From: a candidate division FCPU426 bacterium
GTDB taxonomy: Bacteria > Oederibacteriota > Muellerivitia > Muellerivitales > Muellerivitaceae
Reading direction: 5' to 3'
Length of the DNA stretch: 64,000 nucleotides
Assembly: GCA_963847625.1 (NCBI GenBank)
Contig: CAWKAR010000063.1
Coordinates: 1 to 64,000, forward strand
Of this stretch, positions 7,454 through 16,191 are shown piece after piece. A program made the position numbers and the translations under genes. Every line of letters begins with the position of its first letter. Positions within the stretch are counted from its first letter, which is position 1. The notes beneath the pieces are model-generated. The model searched no databases and was not told the DNA's origin. It saw nothing but the letters and a program-made list of their open reading frames with translations.

Positions 7454-8746
7454 GGGCACCTCTAAAAATTCATTGTAAAGAGGCAGTGGATTCGGTACAA
7501 GGAAGAATCGGCGCGTGAAAGCGTTGAAAATTCCTTTTGTGAGGTGTCACCCATGGGCCAAACCGGTTTTTTTGATCTACAAGATCGATTGAAATCACTG
7601 GATGAGATGGGAGACCCGCTGGAAGCCCTGAACCGGGTGATCCCTTGGGAGGATTTCCGAAGCGTGTTGCGGAAAGGTTTGCGCAACAAGGATAGAAAGA
7701 GCGAAGCGGGACGCCCGCCTTACGACGAGGTTTTGATGTTCAAGGTGCTGGTTCTACAGGCATTGTACAACCTAGCGGACGACCGGACGCAGTTCCACAT
7801 CCAGGACCGGCTGAGTTTCATGAGGTTCTTGGGGTTGGGGATGGATGCCCAAGTGCCAGACGCCAAGACGATCTGGCTGTACCGGGATATGCTGGCGCAG
7901 GGAGGGTGGATCGACCCATTATTCGATAAGCTCAACAGGCATCTGGACAAGGCTGGGTTGAAGGCACAGGAAGGTCAGATCATTGATGCCTCCATCGTGG
8001 AAGTACCCCGGCAAAGGAACAGTAAGGAGGAGAACGACCAAATCAAGAAAGACGAAATCCCGGAAGGGTGGAATAAAGAACCGGAAAAACTCAGGCAAAA
8101 AGATCTGGATGCCCGGTGGATGAAGAAAAATGGGGTGAACCACTATGGGTACAAGAACCATATCAATGTGGACAAAAAATACAAACTGATCCGGAAGTTC
8201 GAGATGACGGCGGCATCGGTGCACGACAGCGAGATTTTTGAGGTGATTTTGGACGGGAAGAACCGGAAGAAGATTTGGGCGGATAGTGCGTACCGATCAG
8301 GTAAAAAGAGTAAGGCTTTGAAGCGTAAAGGCTATGACAACCGGACTCATTATAAATCCAAACGGAATCATCCGCTAACGGCGTTCCAGGAGAAATTGAA
8401 CAAGGCCCGGTCTAAGGTTCGGGTTCGGGTGGAGCATGTATTTGGGCACATGGAAGTGGCGATGGGAGGCAATTGGTTGCGGGTGGTGGGAAAGGTGAGA
8501 GCCCGGATGAAGATTGGAATGAGGAACATCGCTTACAATATGCAACGGTTTGCTTACCTGATGGGACGAATGCGCCCAAAGACGGTTGTTGGATAGATTT
8601 TGGCTGTTTGGAAGGTTCTGAAGGCTACTGAAAGGTTGAAAGAGAGCGAAGCAGGGAGTAAAAGCCCTCCGCATCAGTGGGTTGAATGCTACGAAACGGC
8701 TTTCATCATCTGATAGCACTTCAAACAGGAATTTTTAGAGGTTCCC
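7454..8746 (+). mobile_element. Complete IS5-family insertion sequence
   Basis: IRL GGGCACCTCTAAAAATTC 7454-7471; IRR GAATTTTTAGAGGTTCCC 8729-8746 (17/18 match); 4-bp target duplication ATAA at 7450-7453 and 8747-8750. Confidence 0.95.
7553..8596 (+). CDS. IS5-family DDE transposase
   Basis: GRPPYD, DRLSFMRFLGL, VPDAKTIW, IIDASIV, YGYKNH, WADSAY and RVRVEHVFG motifs. Confidence 0.97.
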   Translation: MGQTGFFDLQDRLKSLDEMGDPLEALNRVIPWEDFRSVLRKGLRNKDRKSEAGRPPYDEVLMFKVLVLQALYNLADDRTQFHIQDRLSFMRFLGLGMDAQVPDAKTIWLYRDMLAQGGWIDPLFDKLNRHLDKAGLKAQEGQIIDASIVEVPRQRNSKEENDQIKKDEIPEGWNKEPEKLRQKDLDARWMKKNGVNHYGYKNHINVDKKYKLIRKFEMTAASVHDSEIFEVILDGKNRKKIWADSAYRSGKKSKALKRKGYDNRTHYKSKRNHPLTAFQEKLNKARSKVRVRVEHVFGHMEVAMGGNWLRVVGKVRARMKIGMRNIAYNMQRFAYLMGRMRPKTVVG

Positions 8747-9337
8747 ATAATTATCTTTTTTAGTGGAGTCGTTAATTCTGCTGATGTGGAAGAAAGAATC
8801 TATAACGCGCATTTGATAAATCACAATAAGACAACAAGGATTATTTTATCCGTAACGTTAGATCATAAAGAGCAGTGCCTAGAAAATTTGAAAATATTTA
8901 ATGGAAATTCTGAAATATTCCGTCTTTTAGAAAATAAAACTGGATGGGCGCAACCGGTTGTTGAATGTTGGCTGACTCAATTATTTTCAAACGACTTAGA
9001 TCAATTGATTTTAGAAACAGATTATATGAGCGATGGGAACAAGTTGTATATTTTGGGATGGAATGGCAAGAAAGTAGTTAATGCTTTCGGAAAAGAGCTA
9101 GTTCAGCTTTTCGATGTTAAAGATATAAACAATGACGGGAACAAAGAATTAATTATATATTCCCGTTACAAAGGTATTCATATTTATGAATTTGATCCGA
9201 AAATATTTAAATATGTAAAAAAAGATGAAAAATACAAGAAAGAATTAAAAATTCTGAACTCTCCAGCAAAAATAAATCGATTTTTTAAAATTAAAAACGA
9301 ACGTATGTTTTATTGATTTTATTGCCATTGTGCAAAT

Positions 9338-9447
9338 GGTTCGCAAAATCGTCCAGAATGGGGGGCCATTCCTGACTATTTGCGAACTACCTCAAAACGG
9401 ACGGTTCGAAAATCGTCATGAATGGGGACGGATTATGGACTCGAACC
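9338..9447. repeat. Two tandem imperfect palindromes with GTTCG...CGAAC ends (candidate att-like sites)
   Basis: GGTTCGCAAAATCGTCCAGAATGG..CCATTC..GAC..TTTGCGAAC (9338-9387) and GGTTCGAAAATCGTCATGAATGGGG..GGACTCGAACC (9403-9447). Confidence 0.6.
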
Positions 9448-9517
9448 AGGATGGGATATGGAAATAGGCTACCCCATGTTGTTGATTGGAGGACAAACGT
9501 TCGGGTGGAAATAACCT

Positions 9518-10294
9518 TTATTTAAAGGCAACCAATAGGTATCGGTTCACGCTATAGAAATAACTTTTTCTTTTAGCCTGGAATTTTAAGTCGGCCAGGA
9601 AACGCGACAGGTCTTTCTTTGAGACGCCATATTTCTTATGACCTAATCCAACTTCCAATGAACGGCTTAATTTATAACCCACCAGGTTGGGTTTGTATTC
9701 CGTATTGGTTAAAACGTAGGTTTCCAGCCTTGCATTCTTGAACAACCTCTTCTGGTGGACCCATTCCCATAATTTCCGCCCCATCCACCCCTCGGCATTC
9801 GCCATCCATTTCTGTTTCGTGTCGCAATAGGCATGCACCAATTTGCGCTCCAAATCCTTGTAACGGGTGTTCCAAACCTGGGTGTCCCAATCGGCATGCC
9901 CGACCACCATCCGGCCCCCCGGTTTCAGAACCCGGTAAATCTCCTCCAAAAGGCCGGATCTTTCCGATTCATCGAGGCATTCCAGCAAGTCCAAGGAGAA
10001 TACCGCATTGAATGAACCAGACCGAAAAGGCAGGGGAAGGGAGGCGTCGAATTCTTTCAGCTCCACTCTGCCGTTTTGGATCTCTTTTCGGAGATTTTTA
10101 GGGGCATTTTCCAAGGCTTTCTTTGAAATATCCAGGCCGCAAACCTTTTTGGCCCTTGTTGATTCGCAGATGGTTTTAATTTCATTCCCATGTCCGCAAC
10201 CGATATCCAAAAGAGTTTCACCCGGCTTGGGACCCAGCAAACCCATGAGGAATTCGTTGTATTTTCTCTCGTCCGGTGAATTTATATCCTTCAT
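9518..10294 (-). CDS. Class I SAM-dependent methyltransferase
   Basis: LLDIGCGHG motif I; LPFRSGSFNAV; RVLKPGG. Confidence 0.92.
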   Translation of the reverse strand: MKDINSPDERKYNEFLMGLLGPKPGETLLDIGCGHGNEIKTICESTRAKKVCGLDISKKALENAPKNLRKEIQNGRVELKEFDASLPLPFRSGSFNAVFSLDLLECLDESERSGLLEEIYRVLKPGGRMVVGHADWDTQVWNTRYKDLERKLVHAYCDTKQKWMANAEGWMGRKLWEWVHQKRLFKNARLETYVLTNTEYKPNLVGYKLSRSLEVGLGHKKYGVSKKDLSRFLADLKFQAKRKSYFYSVNRYLLVAFK

Positions 10295-10297
10295 TAT

Positions 10298-10996
10298 CTA
10301 TAGACCCCTTGGCGCCGATATGTTATCAACCGCAACATTTTTCTTTTTTGCCATCAAGTAGAAACCGTTGGATTTGTGCCCGTTCATGGTGGTGTAGACC
10401 GCGGGCTTAAAGGACAATTTCCGGAAACCGTCGATTAATTTCAAAATATGACTTTTAGTGTGATGCCGCAACACCGCGCCCTCAGGTAGCTCGAATACGC
10501 CATAGGAACCATATTGGCGGCGGTATTTTTCGTACCGTTCGACGTTCCGGTTGTCCTGGTTCAGCAGGTAATCACTGATATATAAGAAGCCGCCGTCCTT
10601 CAAAACCCTCCGGATTTCCGAAAATAACCGTTGCTGGGCGGTATCGTCCGTGACGCAGGTCAGGACCGAAAGGAGTATGACGGCGTCAAAACTACCATCC
10701 TGGAACGGCAGGTTTTTCCCATTTGTTTTTTCAAGCCGGAGTTCCGGGAATAGCTTGCGCCCCCGGTCGACCATGCCTTTGGAAAAGTCAACCCCGACGA
10801 GTTTTTGAAAGCCCGCCTGGTGAAGTTTCGCGAGGGTCCGGCCGTATCCGCACCCGACGTCCAGGACCCGGCTATTTTTGGTGACATGTTTTTGGAACTC
10901 GCGGATCTGGAAGGGAACGGGAAATTCTTTTTGGCCTGAGACTTTATCCCAATATTTTTCCTGGTCGTTCATTAAACCCATTTTACTCATAACCAC
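10298..10996 (-). CDS. Class I SAM-dependent methyltransferase
   Basis: VLDVGCGYG; LPFQDGSFDAV; RVLKDGG. Confidence 0.92.
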   Translation of the reverse strand: MVMSKMGLMNDQEKYWDKVSGQKEFPVPFQIREFQKHVTKNSRVLDVGCGYGRTLAKLHQAGFQKLVGVDFSKGMVDRGRKLFPELRLEKTNGKNLPFQDGSFDAVILLSVLTCVTDDTAQQRLFSEIRRVLKDGGFLYISDYLLNQDNRNVERYEKYRRQYGSYGVFELPEGAVLRHHTKSHILKLIDGFRKLSFKPAVYTTMNGHKSNGFYLMAKKKNVAVDNISAPRGL

Positions 10997-10997
10997 C

Positions 10998-12185
10998 TTA
11001 AACCGCCTGCCCGGCGGCCCAGCCGGAGGACCAGGCCCATTGAAAATTGAAGCCGCCCAATTGACCGGTCACGTCCAGGACTTCCCCGATGAAAAAAAGG
11101 CCGGGCACCTTGTGCGATTCCATGGTTTTGGGAGAAACCTCCCTCGTGTCCAACCCGCCCCGGGTCACTTCCGCATGCCGGTAGCCGAAGGTACCGGCGG
11201 GAATGAAGCGGTAAGCGTGTATGTCTTTTGCCAGGGCCAACAATTTCTCGTCCGGGAGGGACGACCAGGCCCCCCGCGCTTCCGCGTGCCAGGCGATGCG
11301 GTCCGCCAGGCGGCGGGGTATCCTTTTGGACAACCAGATTCGGAACTGCCCCCGTCCCCCGGCGGCTTTGTCCTCCTTCAATTGCTTGAAAGTAGATTCA
11401 ACGGTGAATTCCGGCACCCAATTGATCATGATCTCTTGGCCCGGTTCCCAAACCAAGGTGGCGTTGAGAATGACGGGACCGCTAAAACCCTTGTGGGTGA
11501 TCATCAGATCATCCGTTCTTTTCCACTTGCCGCAGGAAACGTACACGCGCAGGTGGATTCCCGCCAATCCCTTAAAGCGTTCCAATTCACGGGCGGGGAA
11601 AGCCAGGCCCACCAGGGCGGGGGAGGGTTCAATCACCTTGAGGCCGAATTGCCCAGCAATCCTGTAACCTAGGTCGGTGGCGCCCAGTTGGGGCCAGGAC
11701 AATCCACCGGTCGCCACGACCAGTTTCGGGGCCGAATAATTTTCCCGCCCGGCTTCGACGGTGAAAGTCCCATCCGAAAAGGCCACTTTCCCGACTTTCT
11801 TCCCCAGCAGGAGATTCACCTTGTTTTCCTTTATGCGGTCGACCAACAGATCGATGATCGCCTTGGCGCTCTTGTCGCAAAACAACTGGCTGTCTTTCTT
11901 TTCGTGGTAGGAAATGGAACGCGCTTTGACGAGAGCGATGAAATCCTTCGGAGTGAACTTCGAGAGGGCGTCTGAAACGAAACCCGGGTTCGACGTGACA
12001 TAGCGGGAAGGGGCGGCGCGCAGGTTGGTGAAGTTGCAGTGCCCACCCCCGGAAACGAGGATCTTGGGGGCTGGCTTGGCGCCTTGCTCCAGGACCAGGA
12101 CTTTGCGTCCCCGGGCGGCGGCCTCGGAGGCGCACAGGAGGCCCGCGGCCCCGCCGCCGAGAACTATCACGTCGTGTAAGTTCAT
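10998..12185 (-). CDS. HI0933/YhiN (BaiN-like) FAD-dependent oxidoreductase
   Basis: GGGAAG, KILVSGGGHCNFTN, ATGGLSWPQLG, AEVTRGG, GEVLDVTGQLGGFNFQWAWSSG. Confidence 0.95.
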   Translation of the reverse strand: MNLHDVIVLGGGAAGLLCASEAAARGRKVLVLEQGAKPAPKILVSGGGHCNFTNLRAAPSRYVTSNPGFVSDALSKFTPKDFIALVKARSISYHEKKDSQLFCDKSAKAIIDLLVDRIKENKVNLLLGKKVGKVAFSDGTFTVEAGRENYSAPKLVVATGGLSWPQLGATDLGYRIAGQFGLKVIEPSPALVGLAFPARELERFKGLAGIHLRVYVSCGKWKRTDDLMITHKGFSGPVILNATLVWEPGQEIMINWVPEFTVESTFKQLKEDKAAGGRGQFRIWLSKRIPRRLADRIAWHAEARGAWSSLPDEKLLALAKDIHAYRFIPAGTFGYRHAEVTRGGLDTREVSPKTMESHKVPGLFFIGEVLDVTGQLGGFNFQWAWSSGWAAGQAV

Positions 12186-12231
12186 GCGGATACGATAACA
12201 GCGAAGGGATTTAAGGCGGAATCAAAATCAT

Positions 12232-12723
12232 TCATTTCTTATTTGGCGGTTTGAGATCGAGGATCTGAATCGCTTTTTCCATCTCCGTTTTTTTTACCTG
12301 TAACCTCATACCGCCAAACACCATATTGGCGGAATAAATGGAAACCATTTGCTCATCCGCGACATAAGCCTCTATGCCTTCCGATTTCAGTTTACTCAGG
12401 GCTAAGTTGGCCTCCATCGGGTTACCGTATCGGGCGATGGTAACGAGGTCATCGGTTTTTTCCTCAGGTGTTAATTCCCTCAGTTGCTTTCCGCAGGAAC
12501 CACAAAATGGGCTCATGGGATTGTATTTTTTACCGCAAAAGGGGCATTTGCCTTGAGCCCAGGCATCTTCTATTTTAAGGGCCTTGAGGCATTCCGGTTT
12601 ACGGCAGTAATAATTCTCACGGCCTTCGGTGACACAACGGGAACAGAGCCAGTTGCGGCAATGGTGACAGAAACCAACTGCTTCCACTCCTGGATGGTTG
12701 ACGCAAATATGGTCGGGTTTCAT
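12232..12723 (-). CDS. Zinc-finger (B-box-like plus zinc ribbon) protein with DUF2007-like C-terminal domain
   Basis: CVNHP..CHHC..CSRC, CPFCG..CGSCG; EANLALSKLKSEGIEAYVADE..GGMRLQV. Confidence 0.75.
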   Translation of the reverse strand: MKPDHICVNHPGVEAVGFCHHCRNWLCSRCVTEGRENYYCRKPECLKALKIEDAWAQGKCPFCGKKYNPMSPFCGSCGKQLRELTPEEKTDDLVTIARYGNPMEANLALSKLKSEGIEAYVADEQMVSIYSANMVFGGMRLQVKKTEMEKAIQILDLKPPNKK

Positions 12724-13348
12724 ATTTCTAAAGACCCCATGTTGGGTTTATTAAGATCCTGTTGACCTTAAATAAGGTTTTTTATCTTACCCAATTTAAC
12801 ACGCGTAGGTCGGCAATCTTACCTTAAAGACGAATCTTTTGATCTGTCTGTAATAAGGAGAAATGGATAAAAAACATAAACTTCACTTGAGCATGATTTC
12901 CAGAATTTGTTCTTCAAATTCCAATGGCAAGAAATCACAATCGGACTTTTCGCCACTGTATTTTTCGATAATCCCGTTTAATCTTTTAAAGTTTATTCTT
13001 GTTACATTAAAATTAGTCATTGGTTCCTTTTGAGATCTATTAGGGAACCGGATTTATTTTATGTATATGCATTGATTTCTTCGATAGTTGGAATTGCTTC
13101 GTTTTATGTGGTTTTTAGGGTTAAAATCCATCTCGCGTAAACTCAAAACATGGGGATGTTAAGCGGTTAACTAGGTGCAAAAAAGGTGATTTAGCGGTAA
13201 AATATGTTCGTAGGTTTGGTGAGTCAGGTTAAAGAGTCTTATTACCGCCGGACAGGCCGGAAACTCTGTCTGGAGCGTCATTAGATTCGAGTTGAATAAA
13301 GTTAAATTTGATTGATCGATTTAACTTTAACTTAAGAGGAGGCTGAAG

Positions 13349-13804
13349 ATGATTCGTTTAAAAGCAAAAGGGTTTACATTAATTGAACTGATGATCGTTG
13401 TCGCGATTATCGGTATTTTGGCGGCTATCGCCATCCCGCGTTTCGCGCAGATGCTGGAAAAGTCTCGCGAGGGATCAACGAAAGGTAATCTGGGAAGTCT
13501 GAAGTCTGCGGCTTCGATCTATTATGGCGATGCCCAGGGAGTTTGGCCGACGACTTTACAGACTTTCAAAGTGTACTCTTTCAGCAAGTACTTGGACAAT
13601 ATTTCACCTGTGAAGGTGACGGGATCTTTTGTGGTAGGCTCGGTGAGCCCCGCGGGATCCTTAGTGACCATGACGACAATGGTTTCAGTACCAGCAGGTG
13701 CTTCACAAGGCTGGTTGTATGACAGCACTATGGGAAATGTTTTCGTGAATAGCACTGTGCAAGACTCGAAGCAAATCCCATATTCGTTTTATGGGTTTGA
13801 ATGA
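13349..13804 (+). CDS. Type IV pilin / pseudopilin-like protein
   Basis: Prepilin cleavage motif KGFTLIELMIVVAIIGILAAIAIP; strong RBS GAGGAGG; monocistronic. Confidence 0.93.
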   Translation: MIRLKAKGFTLIELMIVVAIIGILAAIAIPRFAQMLEKSREGSTKGNLGSLKSAASIYYGDAQGVWPTTLQTFKVYSFSKYLDNISPVKVTGSFVVGSVSPAGSLVTMTTMVSVPAGASQGWLYDSTMGNVFVNSTVQDSKQIPYSFYGFE

Positions 13805-13846
13805 TAAGGTTTGAAAGTTATTTGCTTTTATTGCAAAGAGAATGTT

Positions 13847-13883
13847 AAGACTTCCCGGCTAAAAGCCGGGAAGTCTTTTTTTT
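13847..13883 (+). terminator. Rho-independent terminator
   Basis: AAGACTTCCCGGCT-aa-AAGCCGGGAAGTCTT followed by a T run. Confidence 0.9.
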
Positions 13884-14067
13884 ATTACGTAAAAGGTGAC
13901 AGGCCTGAAAAAATAAAAGAAGGGCATGACAGGGGCCCAGCCCTCTAACTTATTCCTTCGCCCAGTAACCTATTGCGACATGCCACAGGGCGGGCCCATA
14001 CACAACACGGTAGGCCCTGAAATGCCCAAAAAATCAGGTAAAGCCCGGCCCCGGGAACATTTGTCCA

Positions 14068-14472
14068 TCAAAGCCCGATGGCTTTTTTCCACTCGGGCGT
14101 CGGCGGAATCAACCGCCTGGTGCGAAGGTCGAACAGGCCGAAAGTCAGCTCCAACTCCGTGGCGACAGTGCCGTTTTCCTTGATCATTAACTGCCGGTAG
14201 TGGCTGAGCAATCCCTTGGTGCCTAACAACTCAAAGGTGATTCCGATTTTCTCCCGCAGGGTAATTTCTTTTCTAAATTTCATGCTTAATTTCAGGATCA
14301 CCGGGCCCTTTTGGAGCTCCTGAACCCTCTTCAGACCATAGCCGTTCTTGGTGATGAAGTCCCACCGGGCTTCCTCGAATAGCGTCAGGTAGGCGGCGTT
14401 GTTTATGTGGCCGAAGGTATCCACGTGGGATTCGCGAATCATCACTTCGTAAATGACTTTAGGGGATGTCAT
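14068..14472 (-). CDS. Acyl-CoA thioesterase (4HBT/YbgC hot-dog fold)
   Basis: VDTFGHINNAAYLTLFEEARW; start at MTSPK after RBS AGGAGA. Confidence 0.9.
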   Translation of the reverse strand: MTSPKVIYEVMIRESHVDTFGHINNAAYLTLFEEARWDFITKNGYGLKRVQELQKGPVILKLSMKFRKEITLREKIGITFELLGTKGLLSHYRQLMIKENGTVATELELTFGLFDLRTRRLIPPTPEWKKAIGL

Positions 14473-14775
14473 GATTTCTCCTGTTCTTCCAAAGAAAAGA
14501 AACTTTCGGGCGAAGGGCCTAGCCCCCGAAATAGACCCGGCGGCCACTTAAGGATGAGGCTATATATTACAGGTTAGGATTTTCAGCCGAATAAAAAAAT
14601 ATGATGAAGCCTTGGATGAAAAAAACCGTTTGAAATTCGAAGGTTAAACTGCCCCAATCTAGGATGTCCTCTTAAATTAGTAAAACGACAATCTTCGTCC
14701 ATTGTTCCCGCGTTTGACAAATTCAGGGCCCAGGGTATACCCTTTTTAAAGATAACCCTTTTTCGGGAGGGAAAT

Positions 14776-15144
14776 ATGCCTGAAGCCAAAATGTCGATGG
14801 AGAAGCGGGCCAATCCCCGTATCTCCCTCAAGATTCCTGTCAAATACCGGTTGGTGGAAGACGAGGCGGAGATCAGGAACATTGAGGAGTGGCGAAAATT
14901 GGAGCAAAACACCTACACCCTGGACATGAGTCTGGGGGGAATGTATATCGCCGTGGACCAACCTTTGAAGGTGGGAAATATCATCAAATTCGATATTTAC
15001 CTACTTGATATGACGAATGTCGAGGGAATCTATGCCGAAGTGGCGCATGCCGACCAAAAGGGAGCCGGTCTTCATTTCCTCATGATGAAAAACAACGATC
15101 GGGAAATCATGAAGGCCTTTTTGGACAAATTCGCCGCCGATTAA
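14776..15144 (+). CDS. PilZ domain protein
   Basis: RxxxR (KRANPR) and DxSxGG (DMSLGG) c-di-GMP motifs. Confidence 0.9.
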   Translation: MPEAKMSMEKRANPRISLKIPVKYRLVEDEAEIRNIEEWRKLEQNTYTLDMSLGGMYIAVDQPLKVGNIIKFDIYLLDMTNVEGIYAEVAHADQKGAGLHFLMMKNNDREIMKAFLDKFAAD

Positions 15145-15240
15145 ATTCTTAAAAAAATAAAAATCTTCAAAAGAGCGTCGCAAGAAAATCCGCCATATAA
15201 TGCGGGGGATTCCATTTCAAATACCCGCAACGAGGTATCC

Positions 15241-16185
15241 ATGCTTTTGAAACTTTTGGTTCCGCTCGGATTGGTCCAGGAACGTTGGCACCAGGACCGG
15301 AAACTTTTCATCGAAAAAGCCAAGGAACTGGGCGCGGAAGTGCTGCTGCAGGCGGCAAATTTCAACGATGCCGAACAGAACATCCAAGACGGCAGGCTTC
15401 AGGCTCAAGGTGTGGATGTCCTGATCGTCGTTTGCCCCAACGATGGAATCGCGGCACCTCTTGTGGATGCGGCCCACGGGGCGGGTGTGGCGGTGGTCGC
15501 TTACGACCGGCTGATCTATGACTGTGATTTAGACCTGTATATTTCCTTTGACAACGTGGCTGTGGGCGAGATGCAGGCCACATACCTGTTGAAACGCAAA
15601 CCCAAAGGGAATTACGTCCTCATCGGAGGTTCCCCGACAGATGTCAACGCCAAGCTCTGCCGCCAGGGCCAGATGAATGTCCTTCAACCTTACATTGACC
15701 GGGGTCAAATCCAAATTGTGGAGAACCAGTGGGCCAAAGACTGGCTTCCCATGGAGGCCATGAAAATCATGAAGAACGCCTTGGACAAGTCCGGCAACCA
15801 AGTGGACGCGGTGCTAGCCACCAATGACGGCACTGCGGGTGGCGTCATCCAGGCCCTGGCCGGGCGGAACCTGGCGGGAAAAGTGCTCGTCACGGGCCAG
15901 GACGCTGACCTGTCGGCATGCAAAAGGATCGCCGAGGGAACGCAATGCATGACGGTTTACAAGCCGCTAAAACTGCTGGCCACCCAAGCCGCCGAAGCCG
16001 CGGTGGCGCTTGCGGCGAAAAAACCCCTGGGCGATAAAATCCGGTTGGTTCATAACGGCAAGAAGGATGTCCCGAGCATCCTGTTTCAGCCCGTCTTGGT
16101 GGACAATACCAATCTCAACCAAACCGTCATCGCCGACGGCTTCCATCAAGAGTCCGAAGTATTTGGAAAGAGACCTTCCGCCTGA
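15241..16185 (+). CDS. XylF-family sugar ABC substrate-binding protein
   Basis: ERWHQDR, AYDRLI, YISFDNVAVG, GSPTDVNA, TGQDAD, MTVYKP. Confidence 0.9.
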   Translation: MLLKLLVPLGLVQERWHQDRKLFIEKAKELGAEVLLQAANFNDAEQNIQDGRLQAQGVDVLIVVCPNDGIAAPLVDAAHGAGVAVVAYDRLIYDCDLDLYISFDNVAVGEMQATYLLKRKPKGNYVLIGGSPTDVNAKLCRQGQMNVLQPYIDRGQIQIVENQWAKDWLPMEAMKIMKNALDKSGNQVDAVLATNDGTAGGVIQALAGRNLAGKVLVTGQDADLSACKRIAEGTQCMTVYKPLKLLATQAAEAAVALAAKKPLGDKIRLVHNGKKDVPSILFQPVLVDNTNLNQTVIADGFHQESEVFGKRPSA

Positions 16186-16191
16186 ATCGCG

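Larger units (their letters stand above)
7426..9316 (+). pseudogene. Secreted protein gene interrupted in its signal peptide by IS5
   Basis: Removing the IS and one ATAA copy restores the in-frame MKKYLFLIIIIFFSGVVNSA-DVEERIY..., joining ATG 7426 to ORF 8786..9316; contains a DINNDGNKELII Ca-binding-like motif. Confidence 0.85.

Noticed and set aside
9425..9460. tRNA gene on the minus strand
   Set aside because: Only a T-loop-like GGTTCGAGTCC is present; no cloverleaf can be built.
12863..13140. Short ORF or decayed membrane-protein gene after an AAGGAGA RBS
   Set aside because: Fragmented frames under 60 aa with no recognisable motif.
13915..14030. ORF 13926..14183 and REP-like GGGCCC hairpin remnants
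   Set aside because: The ORF overlaps the thioesterase antisense, and the repeats are too degenerate to call.
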